Below, in pieces: positions 15,734 to 30,494 of a stretch of DNA of 64,000 nt (its first letter is position 1; the number at the start of each line of letters is the position of its first letter). A program made the translations under genes and the position numbers. The stretch is from assembly GCF_009914755.1 (NCBI RefSeq), contig NC_060928.1. The stretch is one strand, 5' to 3'. This DNA is from the human T2T-CHM13v2.0 reference genome, Homo sapiens. The notes beneath the pieces were generated by a model. The model had not been told where the DNA came from. It did no database searches and worked only from the letters and a program-made list of their open reading frames with translations.

Positions 15734-16660
15734 TTTTTCTTAATTTTATTTTATTATTATTATACTTTAAGTTTTAGGGTACATGTGCACAATGTGCAGG
15801 TTAGCTACATATGTATACATGTGCCATGCTGGTGTGCTGCACCCATTAACTCGTCATTTAGCATTAGGTATATCTCCTAATACTATCCCTCCCCTTTCCC
15901 CCTACCCCACAACAGTCCCCAGAGTGTGATGTTCCCCTTCCTGTGTCCATGTGTTCTCATTGTTCAATTCCCACCTATGAGTGAGAACACGTGGTGTTTG
16001 GTTTTTTGTCCTTGCGATAGTTTACTGAGAATGATGATTTCCAATTTCATCCATGTCCCTACAAAGGACATGAACTCATCATTTCTTATGGCTGCATAGT
16101 ATTCCATGGTGTATATGTGCCACATTTTCTTAATCCAATCTATCATTGTTGGACATTCGGGTTGGTTCCAAGTCTTTGCTATTGTGAATAGTGCCACAAT
16201 AAACATACGTGTGCATGTGTCTTTATAGCAGCATGATTTATAGTCCTTTGGGTATATACCCAGTAATGGGATGGCTGGGTCAAATGGTATTTCTAGTTCT
16301 AGATTCCTGAGGAATCGCCACACTGACTTCCACAATGGTTGAACTAGTTTACAGTCCCACCAACAGTGTAAAAGTGTTCCTATTTCTCCACATCTTCTCC
16401 AGCACCTGTTTTTTCCTGACTTTTTAATGATTGCCGTTCTAACTGGTGTGAGATGGTATCTCATTGTGGTTTTGATTTGCATTTCTCTGATGGCCAGTGA
16501 TGGTGAGCATTTTTTCATGTGTTTTTTGGCTGCATAAATGTCTTCTTTTGAGAAGTGTCTGTTCATGTCCTTCGCCCAGTTTTTGATGGGGTTGTTTGTT
16601 TTTTTCTTGTAAATTTGTTTGAGTTCATTGTAGATTCTGGATATTAGCCCTTTGTCAGAT
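15734..16660 (-). mobile_element. Young L1 3' end (L1PA3-like), about 0.93 kb, no clear matching TSD
   Basis: ORF2 C-terminus (ORF 15964..16566, CWRRC/HCWWDC); 3'UTR GCTAAATGACGAGTTAATGGGTGCAGCACACCAGC on the minus strand. Confidence 0.95.
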
Positions 16661-16666
16661 TCCTGA

Positions 16667-16950
16667 CAGCCCCTACTTTCTTACCAGTGATTTTTCCTGA
16701 TTGTTTCTGAGGATAGGATTAATGAATGATAATGTCTCTGTCATTTTTCCCTTCTTTAAATAAGAATTCTGCTTTCTGAGGCTTTAAAGAAAATTAAGTT
16801 TATACGAATTTTTGATTTTTCACTACATTGATTACTTTAATATTATAATCCATGGTATATTTCAAGACCATGAGATACATATGGTTTTTTCTGTGTTCAT
16901 TATGTATAAACAGATAGACTATGGATTTTGTACCACTTGAGCTTTGCATA
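16667..16950 (-). repeat. Inverted duplicate (derived copy) of 18210-18493
   Basis: 284-bp reverse complement; by manual alignment only 16835 (C) vs 18325 differs. Confidence 0.96.
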
Positions 16951-17149
16951 ATGATAGAATGATACCATTCTATCATTATGGTAAAGTTAATTGCAAAGCC
17001 ACTCCCCCTTAATGGAAGATATGTGTTTAGGCCAAGGTGTTTATAACAATACAATGCCCTTAAAATTTAGTACATTGGTATATGAGTCAACCACTCGGTT
17101 CAGTGAGCCTGTAATTACACCTAAAGTGGACTTTTACACACATCAATAC

Positions 17150-17385
17150 TTTCTTTTTGAGACACAACTCTTGGCTTGACACGGGGAGGTGACAGAAACT
17201 AAATCACTACCTGTGGAAGACTACATGATCATGAGACTTGAAATGAGTACTATCTATTTGATAAAATACAAAATTAGAGGTGCTAAGTAATTTTCCATTG
17301 TTAAGGGGAAGTGGTATATATGACGTCAGGCTTGCTCAGGTTGGGGAAACACGAGTATTTTCATGAGAAGTTGGCTTTCATTCAA
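17150..17385 (+). mobile_element. Very old ERVL-class pol fragment
   Basis: ctcttggcttg...gacagaaactaaa...ggaagtggtatatatga...catgagaagttggct aligns loosely with 33740-33975. Confidence 0.55.
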
Positions 17386-18209
17386 GACATATTGTTTTTA
17401 TATTATTGCTTCTCTTTTAGTTCATGACTCCACAAATAATCTTTTATCTAGCTACAGTGCTACAAAACGTACTGCTTTGCAGATGTTCTGCTTGATATGC
17501 TGCTGCAGGCTAGAAGTGTGTTGCTTCTGCACCATTGTCTCCAACAAAGCTTGCTTAGAAAGACAGGGAATTCTCCCTGTGGGTAAAATTTTGTAGAGCA
17601 CACCTCAGGCTTCACTTTGAAAGGATGGAGGAGTGAATCAAGGTAAAGATCGAAGTATCTAATGTCTAATGGTTTATCTAATGATTTATCACAATCACCA
17701 GTAACTTTGACAAAACCTAAGATTGGAAGATTGCAAAGTACAGGCTCTCAGGTACCTCCTCCAGCAGCTGGATTCCCACAGCAGATAACTTTTCCAGGTC
17801 AGGGCACACTGGCAGCTGAGTAATGTTTCTGGGTCTCCAATTTAATTGTTGTATTATTTCTTTTGCTTAACCGACTTAGTTTTCTGTTTCTGGATAAATT
17901 GTGACTGACATATGTATAAAACTAAGAAATGCCCATCAACAGAATTTTATTACTAGCTCACTTCACAGTTCTTGAAATGAGGAATCTTCCCTTAAACAGA
18001 TTCTCAGAATTGGTGGTGCTTACTGCTTGGATCTCCTGGTTCTGCTATCTCATGACTTCATCCAACCTGTGAGCATGAAGAAAGCTCACCAGATGTTTGC
18101 TCTATTAAGCCCAGATGCAGCAGTATCTTCACATTCTAATATAATTGACATGGGGAGTACAGAGCTGTGCATAGGTATATAATTTATTTTCAAACTTCGT
18201 TATCGTAAG

Positions 18210-18493
18210 TATGCAAAGCTCAAGTGGTACAAAATCCATAGTCTATCTGTTTATACATAATGAACACAGAAAAAACCATATGTATCTCATGGTCTTGAAA
18301 TATACCATGGATTATAATATTAAAATAATCAATGTAGTGAAAAATCAAAAATTCGTATAAACTTAATTTTCTTTAAAGCCTCAGAAAGCAGAATTCTTAT
18401 TTAAAGAAGGGAAAAATGACAGAGACATTATCATTCATTAATCCTATCCTCAGAAACAATCAGGAAAAATCACTGGTAAGAAAGTAGGGGCTG
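18210..18493 (+). repeat. Source copy of the 284-bp inverted duplication
   Basis: Reverse complement of 16667-16950; runs 5 nt into the adjacent Alu. Confidence 0.96.
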
Positions 18494-18795
18494 GGAGCGA
18501 TGGTTCACACCTGTAATCCCAGCACCTTGGGAGGCCGAGGTGGGCGGATCACTTGAGGTTAGGAGTTCGAGATCAGCCTGGCCAACATGGTGAAACCATG
18601 TATCTACTGAAAATACAAAAATTAGCTGGGTGTGGTGGTGCACACCTGTAATCCAAGCTACTCGGGAGGCTGAGGCAGGAGAATCACTAGAACCTGAGAG
18701 ACAGAGGCTGTACTGAGCCAAGATCATGTCACCGCACTCCAGCCTGGGTGACAGAATGAGACTCCATCTCAAAAAATAAATAAATAAATAAAATA
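18489..18795 (+). mobile_element. Alu SINE, AluSx-like
   Basis: GGCTGGG...GGATCACTTGAGGTTAGGAGTTCGAG; (TAAA)n tail; AAAGTAG on both sides. Confidence 0.93.
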
Positions 18796-21623
18796 AAGTA
18801 GAGCTCCCTTTAATGGACTTTTAGCTGAGACATTGAAACTATATGTGCCATAGATTGTATATGGTCTATCTATCCAATAAGGTTCCTATAACAATAATAT
18901 AAAATAATGTGTTTCAAAAGGATTGTATATTTTACTTTAAGAATATTAATTAAAAAGTATCAATTAATATTTCTGGATCTGACATAGAGTCCAGAACCAT
19001 AATAACTTTAAAATACTAAGATTAATATTGGATTTTGTGTATGCTGCCCCCAACTGTCTCTCCCTTGTGTCCCACCTCTCCTCCCTGCCCTCCACCCCTA
19101 AACACATACTGACTTCCCCGCCTTAGGATCTCTTAGGTGAACCTTATGGTTTAGGTTCTGATACTAATGTTTTGTTTATTTATTTAGGGATTTTAAAAGA
19201 ATACTTGATACCAAAGTCTCTGAGTTGATAAAGAAGTGTGCATTTTATAGACCATGCTTAAGACATGCATGCTTGGCCTTTTCGGATATTAGGGTCCCCC
19301 ATACTACTCCCACACTCCACTGCGAACCCATTCCCAGTCTCCCGTCCTCATCACCTACATGACTTCAAAGATGAATTTAAAAGAAAAGTGCCATCTATGT
19401 TCGACCCCACTGTTGATCAAGAATAACTATTACTCACAGTTATTGGATAAAATGGAGGTAAACCTGTGTAGCAACTTTGTATTACAACTGGGTCAGTTGT
19501 AAAGCTCCCTTTGTACGCTGAAAAGTGGTTGTGTTTTGAGACAAATGCAAAATATTGTTTTTACCTTATTTTAACCAGAGAAGAAAAGTAGTTTATTTAA
19601 CAAGATAACTAATTGTCTTTACACTCATACTGCCACCTCCAATGACAGCAGAGAGTTCAAATTCATTATTCATAGATGAAAGAAAAATTTGATCACTTCA
19701 GAAAAATAAGGCAAAATTGAAAGGCTATTCAACTAGTGAATCCTAGCAGCTAAAATTGGTAATGATAATTATTGACAAAACTTCATTTCAATAAACATCA
19801 AAGTCTTGGCTACTTCCTTTTGTTTTACTGGATGTTATGCTGTGTATTTAACATTCTTGAAATTAGGAGTACATCAGCTTCAGTTTGCAAATTATTTTGT
19901 TGCAAAGCAAATTGTATGGTAATAGAATGAAATTATGGCCTATACTATAGAATGAACTATGTCCTTCTCCATAAATTCAGTGTAATTTAGAATTCCATTA
20001 CACCTACGTATTTCTGTGTGCCAAATCAGACTGTAAATCGGAAGATAATTATTTTAAAAACAGTTCATTAAATAATATTCTAAAATTTGTTGAATTCTGT
20101 TAAGATGATTATTGTGTAATTAGGTTAAATTTTTGACTTATTTTGAAAATGCATTTCAGTAATTCTGAATAATTTAACCTCTAAGAGTCTAATAGAGGCC
20201 AATGACGCTTTGAAGAAAAAATAATGATGCCAGTTAGCAGAGGCCAGATTTTCAGTACAAGCAAGCCATTCATCAGCAAACAGAAAGGGCAGTGGTTAAT
20301 TAAACCTTTAACTTAGAAGATAGAAAATAAAAAGTATTAACAATATTAATTTAGTCACCCAGGTAATCTCTTCAGGGTTGGTAGTAAATCCTCAGTCAGT
20401 TACTCAAACAATGGGCACATCATTTATTCAATGGTTAATGTATAGATTAAATAAAATAACTTCCCTGCTATAGGATTCTAATTGGTAGCTTAGAATCAAA
20501 AAATTTTATGAAGAATAAAATAACTTGTCTGTATTCAACTGTTTTATATCGGAAAGGCAAACGGTGATGATGAAGGAAAAATAGAATAAGAAACTGCTGA
20601 CTGCTGTCCACATTTACTCAAATGTAAGAAAGTGGGAGCTAGAAATGCAGGTATACTCTTAAAAAATAAATTGAGGTTAATTATGTTTCTTTATAGGTTG
20701 AAATGAGTAGATTGAAGCAGAACCCATAAATTAATTAAAAGCTCTGATTTTAGGCTCTTCCTCATTGTTATATGAAACCCATCGAGAAATCATGGGATTA
20801 TAGAATTAGGATGATGTAACCTAGTGACCAACCTTGTCAAGCTTGTGGTACTTTGAGGTTTCCCAAGTGCCTTACGATAGCATCCATCACTGTTCTTTCG
20901 TTGGATTCAATATCTACATTGAAGAACACAGTATATCTATAGTACTTATGTTTAGCAATTTCTACCTACAGGTGTTTTTAAAAAATTATTTGTCTAATTA
21001 TACTTACCAGTTTTTAGTTATTGTTCTTCCATTGGAAAAAAATAGACTATTTTATAACTTGACAACAATGATAAGTTATAACATGAAATGGAAATTGGTG
21101 ATTTTAGAAACAAATCAAATATCAAATAAAGTATTAGTAAAAAATATTTTTCCAATTACATATACTCTGTGTAGGTATGAGAATGCATAGGTTAGAGTCT
21201 TTCTGGGCTATCATAGCTGATTTGGGGATGATGGAAACATTCTGCAATCTAATGCAAATACAAAGCAATTATTCTGCAATAGAAAACAAATATTTTATAA
21301 AATATGCAGGATTTTATTAAATTAATACAAACAATTCTGGATAACTGAAAAGCCAACCACAATGAAGTGATGACATTTACAAGCGTAGTGACGTGATGGG
21401 TATTTCAAAGGAAAATGACTTGAATATAAACAATGAATGAAGCCACTGAGAAAATGAGTAAAGTTTTTAAAAATTTGGCAAAAATAAAAAGTTATAATTA
21501 TGCTGTAAAATTCTAACATATTAGAGGAATTTAAATTATACTATTATAAAACTTGGTAGAATAAGTTGTTTAAATATTCAACATGATTTATTCTGCATTA
21601 TTTTTAAGATTCTACTTTATAAA

Positions 21624-21926
<303 letters not shown>

Positions 21927-22153
21927 CTACTTTATAATTCAAAGTATAGTTAGTGTTTTGCTAATTTTTTAAGATTCAGTTTGTTTCTAGATAAATTCTG
22001 AACTATTTTATAAATCAAGCATTTTAAGATCACTCAGAAAAAATAGTGATTTTTTGTACAGACAGTATATACATTTGTTAAATTAATTTTATACAGATAC
22101 GTATGCATAAAAAAATGTTTTAATATTTTGTAGCTGAATCTCATTTTTCAGAT

Positions 22154-22521
22154 TGTATTAGTGCTGCTATAAAGAACTTCCTGAGACTGGGTCATTTATA
22201 AAGAAAAGAGGTTTAAATAGACTCACATTTCCCATGGCTGGGGGAGCCTCAGAAAACTTACAATCACGGCAGAAGGGGAAGCAAACGCATCCTTCATCAC
22301 AGGGCAAGAGGAAAGAGAAGTGCTAAGTAAAGTGTGAAAAGCCCCTTATAAAACCATTAGATCTCATGAGAACTCACTTACTATCATGAGAACAGCATGG
22401 GGGAGCCACCTCCATGAGCTAATCACCTCCCACAAGGTTTCTCCCCCAACACGTGGCAATTACAGTTTGGATTATAATTCAGGATGGGATTTGGGTGAGG
22501 ACACAGAGCCAGACCATATCA
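22154..22521 (-). mobile_element. MaLR solo LTR, THE1D-like
   Basis: TGTATTAG...CCATATCA termini, TSD CAGAT (22149-22153, 22522-22526). Confidence 0.9.
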
Positions 22522-23185
22522 CAGATAAATTTTATATTAAGTAACATAACATTTAAAAGAAACTCTTGTTTCAAACCATGTAAAGCAATCTAAGTCCCAT
22601 GATCTTAAGCACTGAGAGTTCATGAAATAGAGTTTGAAAATGAATTAACAATATTTAATAATATATATCTAGCATAGTGTATTTAACACAACTTTTAGAG
22701 TCGCATATTTTAAAGTATTTGTACCATTTACAAGGATGCAATACACACCTTTACTCATGCAATAATTACACATTTTTCTCATTAGTCTATATATAAATTC
22801 TGAAAACAGAAAACAATGATTCTGGCAGTATGATTTTTTAGGACAGTTGATATTTATTACCAAATTACTTTCTAGTATAATTGCAAATAAATACCCAACA
22901 AATTGTGTTTTGTTGAGGTGTTGCACTGTCTATATTGTATAAGGATGTCCATTATTTTCACTCTTACATAAATTCTTTTAATTGCAAAATTTATTTTTGG
23001 TGGGGAGGAGTAGGAAGATATTATCCTTTTTAAAACTGGTTTAGCTTTTATTTTTACTAAAGTTGTTTTCTTACACTATTTATGGAAAGTATATATTTAT
23101 AAAGATATCATATATATTTATATTCATGTATACATATACAGATATACGCATGTCCATATATCATATGCAATATATATAAGATGGG

Positions 23186-23214
23186 TGTGTGTGTGCGTGT
23201 GTGTGTGTGTGTGT
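23186..23214. repeat. (TG)n microsatellite
   Basis: Directly visible. Confidence 0.9.
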
Positions 23215-24230
23215 ATGTAAAGCTATAATACTGCACCTATATTAGAATGTAAGCTTCATCACAACAGGGCATTACTCACTTCCTCATAGCTAAAATATAA
23301 TTTCTTACACATAATTGGTGATTAAGAAATGTTTGTTTAAATAATAAGGAAAGAAAAATAAGTTTGAGTAAGTCAGGAAGCTATTTTCTGAAAAAATTAA
23401 TAAATAAAAGTCAACATGCTTATTAAGGAATCACACTAATAATACCAAAATAAACTGGGTGTGATTAGCAATATCCCTGTGATTAGCAATATTCCTTAAT
23501 CAAATGAGCTGATTGTCCATATATGTGATTTGTTAAATCACTGCCATCAAAAAAAAACTTTAAAACCCTGTGTATGCCAAAGGCAGAAATCACAGTACAA
23601 ACATTGCTACTTCAAATAGCATTTGAAGTTAGCAACACAGAAAAAAATAGAGGCAGGATTGCCACTATTGTACACTCTTATACAAGAGACTCACAAAAGT
23701 GTCTTGTATGCATAACAAGGGGGGTTAACTTAATTATAAGTACTATGGAATAATATATTGCCAACTGAATAAAAATTATTTGGTGAAAAATATAAAATGC
23801 ATATTCCAGACCACAAAACATATCTGCAAGATAATATTCTGGATTATGGTGCCCAGGACAATGCCCCCCATCTATGTGACTTATTTACCCCAAATAGAGT
23901 TTTATAACCACTAACAAAACTCTGTCATTGTTCATGGAAAATATGCATGAAAATGTAATTGATCGATACCCAAAATGAAGTGCTTTAGGTACAATGCAAT
24001 GTTGCATGTATTACTCTATTTGTGTGTCTTTTAAAACAAGCCAATTGATTTTTGATATTATTGAAACTCCCTACATTAATTTATTCTATTATTATGATGT
24101 ATTTTTTGAACACAGCTAATTTTTAGATATAAATATACAGGAATAGTTCTTGAACTATTTTTTTCAACTCTAAGCTGCAAGCCCTGCGCTATGCTACTAA
24201 GTACCAAGTAACAGTATCACTAAAGATGTA

Positions 24231-26871
<2,641 letters not shown>

Positions 26872-28589
26872 ATATAATTACACTGTTATAATTATTGTAC
26901 TTAACAAAACTTTGGAAGATAAAAGTTTGTAAGAAGTTTCTATAACTTTGCAAAAATCTGTTATAATAATTCAAATTCACAGTTCAAAGTTCTCTGAGGA
27001 ATTGCTCTAAAATAGATACCAGTTTTAAATATTTTATACATTGTTAACCATAGACATATCTTATTATATTTTCATATTTATATTAAAGAATCAAGTATTT
27101 ACATAATTGTTTCCTGTGATTTAATATAATTTCTCAAATAGGTTTGAGCTATAAAAACAACATAATAAAAAATTCAGAAGGAAATGATAAAGAGTTTGTT
27201 TTATGTAGTAAGGACATTGACTTAGGAGTCTTGGTGTTTCTGTACTATTTCCAGCTCTGGCACTAGATAGCATCATGTGTTAGCTCATTTTACTTATTTC
27301 ACTTACACTCCCTGAACCTAAGTATTCTCTCCTCTCTGAATCTGTGTAAGATGTTTTGAATCAGAATTGATGGCTCCTTCTTTTGTAACACCCCTCAAAA
27401 ATTTATATGCCTTTTCTTGTACTTATCACATTGCCATGAATATATTTGCTTGTGTGTGTTTCCTGTATTAGATCTCTACTTCAAATTTCATTTATTATAG
27501 CTTTCACAGTATGTAGCACATTATCTAGCTCACAGTAGGTCTGTTAGAGATACTTATTTGAATTAAATTTTATTGATAAAATGAATACTTAAGGTTTTTA
27601 TGTATATGCTTATAAGATTTCTATAACTGTATAATTAAATCAAAATATCAAAAACATTGTGAAACATGATAGTCACCAATATACCTGTCCATCTTTCACT
27701 TTTAAAAATTCTGTCTATAACAATGAGAGTTTTCAGAATATTAGCAACTTTACATGAGATTTTGGGCATTGTTTTTGATAGTTACTCTATCTCATCAAGC
27801 TCAAATTAAATATCCCTGTTTAACAATACTGGTATCAAATATTGATCCCAAAGTATTTTGAAATATCATATACTTCAATTCCTTATGTGATATGAAGACA
27901 GGTCCAGTATATCAAGAAAAATGTCTGGTTTCACATGGCATCTGATAGCCATACCTATTAATTAGTCTTTCCCAAATGCTCATTAAAATTTCCATGAAGT
28001 CAAAAAGAAAACTGAACGTTTAAACCTTTAAAGCCAAACTATACATATAATTATTGGAAAATCTCATTAAGATGATGAACAAAACTAATCTGAAAAAAAA
28101 ATGTGTACCACCTATAATTTGCCTCTTGGAGGAAGGAGTACAGTTTACCTATAGGTAGGTAGGTAAAAAGATATTTAGTCCCACCAGTAGACACTATAAA
28201 ATTTTCTTTTTTAGAGTACCAGAGATAACAGTAGTCCAGAGAGTCCAATTAATAACAGAACATGAAAGATGGTGGTGTTTCTTTGTTGATGGATGCCCTG
28301 TTATTAGTAGACCAAGATAAGTGATCTAGGAAAAGGCAGAGGCAGGAATAACCCTATTATCTTAGAATGCTGTTTTAGCAGAAAGCACCATCGTTCAAAT
28401 GCCAGAAAACAAGCATGACCTTACGAGTAGATTTTATCCTGGTTCAAAAGAAGTGCACTATTGAAAATCTACCAGTCTGATGGGGGAAAGAAAATAGAAT
28501 ATACAAAGTCACCAAGGTAGCTTTTCAAAATGCACATACTTGAGCTCCACCCATTTATTTCATTTTAAGATACAAAAATTTCCAACTTT

Positions 28590-28985
28590 TACTGTGCATA
28601 AGAATCAATGGGGAGAACTTATGTAAAATGCAGATTTCCTTAATCCATATCCAGAATTTTATTTTCAGTCTGTAGTAGATTTCAGAATTATATTTATTTT
28701 AATTAAAAATATTTATTGAGTACATACTTAGTCACAGAAACAAATCTGACCATTTCCTACCCTCATGGAGGCTACATTCTAGTGGAAGGTAAGGCAGAAA
28801 CTATAAGAAACAAAGAAAACAAATTATAAATGTATAAAAGTTAATAAGAGTTATGAAATAAAAACAAAGATAGGATAAAAGGGTAACGTGGACCTGGGAA
28901 AGTCAGGGAGGCAAATGTTGCAGTAAAAAATTTGATGTGTAGGGTAGATCTCATTGGAAAGTTGGCCATTTGAGCAATTTGAACA
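28590..28985. mobile_element. MER5-like fragment followed by an L2 fragment; boundaries approximate
   Basis: gcataagaatca...aaaatgcagatt; atttattgagtacatact...cctaccctcatggaggctacattctagtgg. Confidence 0.55.
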
Positions 28986-29892
28986 CCCTCAAGTTACACA
29001 AATATAAGTAATCATGGAATACACTCTGTGAGGGTGCATTAGGGGCATTTTATTTTAACCAGGAAATTCTCAAAGCCTCTCTTCTCTTCCTTCTTCCAGC
29101 TTTTACCTACCTACCCCAGAACTCTGAGCATGTTATAATTACAAGAGAAAGTAGACCATGAACAATTTTACTACAAAGGATAGATTAAAAGCTTTTAATA
29201 AAACTGTTTTATGTAGAGATTGAGAAGTTTTCAGAAAAGTTTTCAAATCTGCGGTAAAATATAATGTATAAAAATGTAACATCAATGAAAATGGACATAC
29301 AAATATAAATAAGTAGAGTTTAACTGAAGTAAAATAATTAGATGACAGGTAACTCAACAGTATAAATAAGCACTAGGGAGAATGTAAAATATTATTGACA
29401 AATTTAAAATAAAATATGTGTATAGAAAAATTGAAGATTAATGTAGAAAGCAAAGTTGAGACACTTTCATAGACAACTGAAGAAAGAAAAAATGAAATGC
29501 ATGTATGAAAAACATATATATTGCATATATGATATATATTGCATTATATAATACAGTTTTTAAAATCCAGACATTTTATGATCTTTTATTACATTTTTAA
29601 AAATTTAATAATGATACGTTTTAAAAATACATATCATCTGGAAAATAATGAACATAAGCAAGGTGATAAATTTTCAAAAGAATTACCTCAAACTTATTTG
29701 TATTGATTGGTTAAAATAAATGAATTAGCTAAAGCAACTAGAATAAAATACTAACAAAGCAAACATAAGAAAGAATAAGAGACTTTGAAAATCAAGTGAA
29801 AAACATTGCAGCTAATATGAACTATATACACAGTGTTTGTTAAGTAAATAAACAGAGTTTTATTAAGTTCTAGTAATAAGTAGAAAACTTCA

Positions 29893-30273
29893 TGTGATGG
29901 TTAATGCTGACTGTCAACCTGATTGGATTGAAGGATGCAAAGTATTGATCGTGGGTATGTCTGTGAGGGTATTGTCAAAGGAGATTATCATTTGAGTCAG
30001 TGGGGTGGGGAAGGCAGACCCACCCTTAATCTGGGTGGACATCATCTGATTAGCTCACAGTGAATATAAAGCAGGCAGAAAATTGTGAAAAGGCTAGACT
30101 GGCCTAGCCTCCCAGCCTACATCTTTTTCCTGTGCTGGATGCTTCCAGCCCTCAAATGTCAGACTCCAAGTTCTTCAGTTTTGGGACTCAGACTGGCTCT
30201 CCTTGCTCCTAAGCTTGCCAATGGCCTATTGTGGGACCTTGTGATAGTGTAAGTTAATATTTAATAAACTCCC

Positions 30274-30321
<48 letters not shown>

Positions 30322-30450
30322 GTATATATACACACATATGTATATATACATATATGTATATATACACACACACATATGTATATATGTGTGTGTATATACA
30401 CATATGTCTATCGTATTAGTGCCATGTCTCTGGGAACCCAGACTAATACA
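29893..30450 (+). mobile_element. 5' LTR, MLT2A1-like
   Basis: TGTGATGGTTAAT...GATTGGATTGAAGGATGCAAAGTATTGATC; AATAAA; ends GACTAATACA. Confidence 0.9.
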
Positions 30451-30494
30451 GATTTAAGTATAAGGAGTGGTTCTAGAGGAACAGAATATTAAGG

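Noticed and set aside
16667-18493. DNA transposon with 284-bp TIRs
   Set aside because: No TSD, no transposase in the spacer, and one arm runs into an Alu 5' end; better explained as a rearrangement.
20834-21190. 118-aa ORF in AT-rich DNA
   Set aside because: Non-ATG start, composition typical of random AT-rich translation, no recognisable domain.
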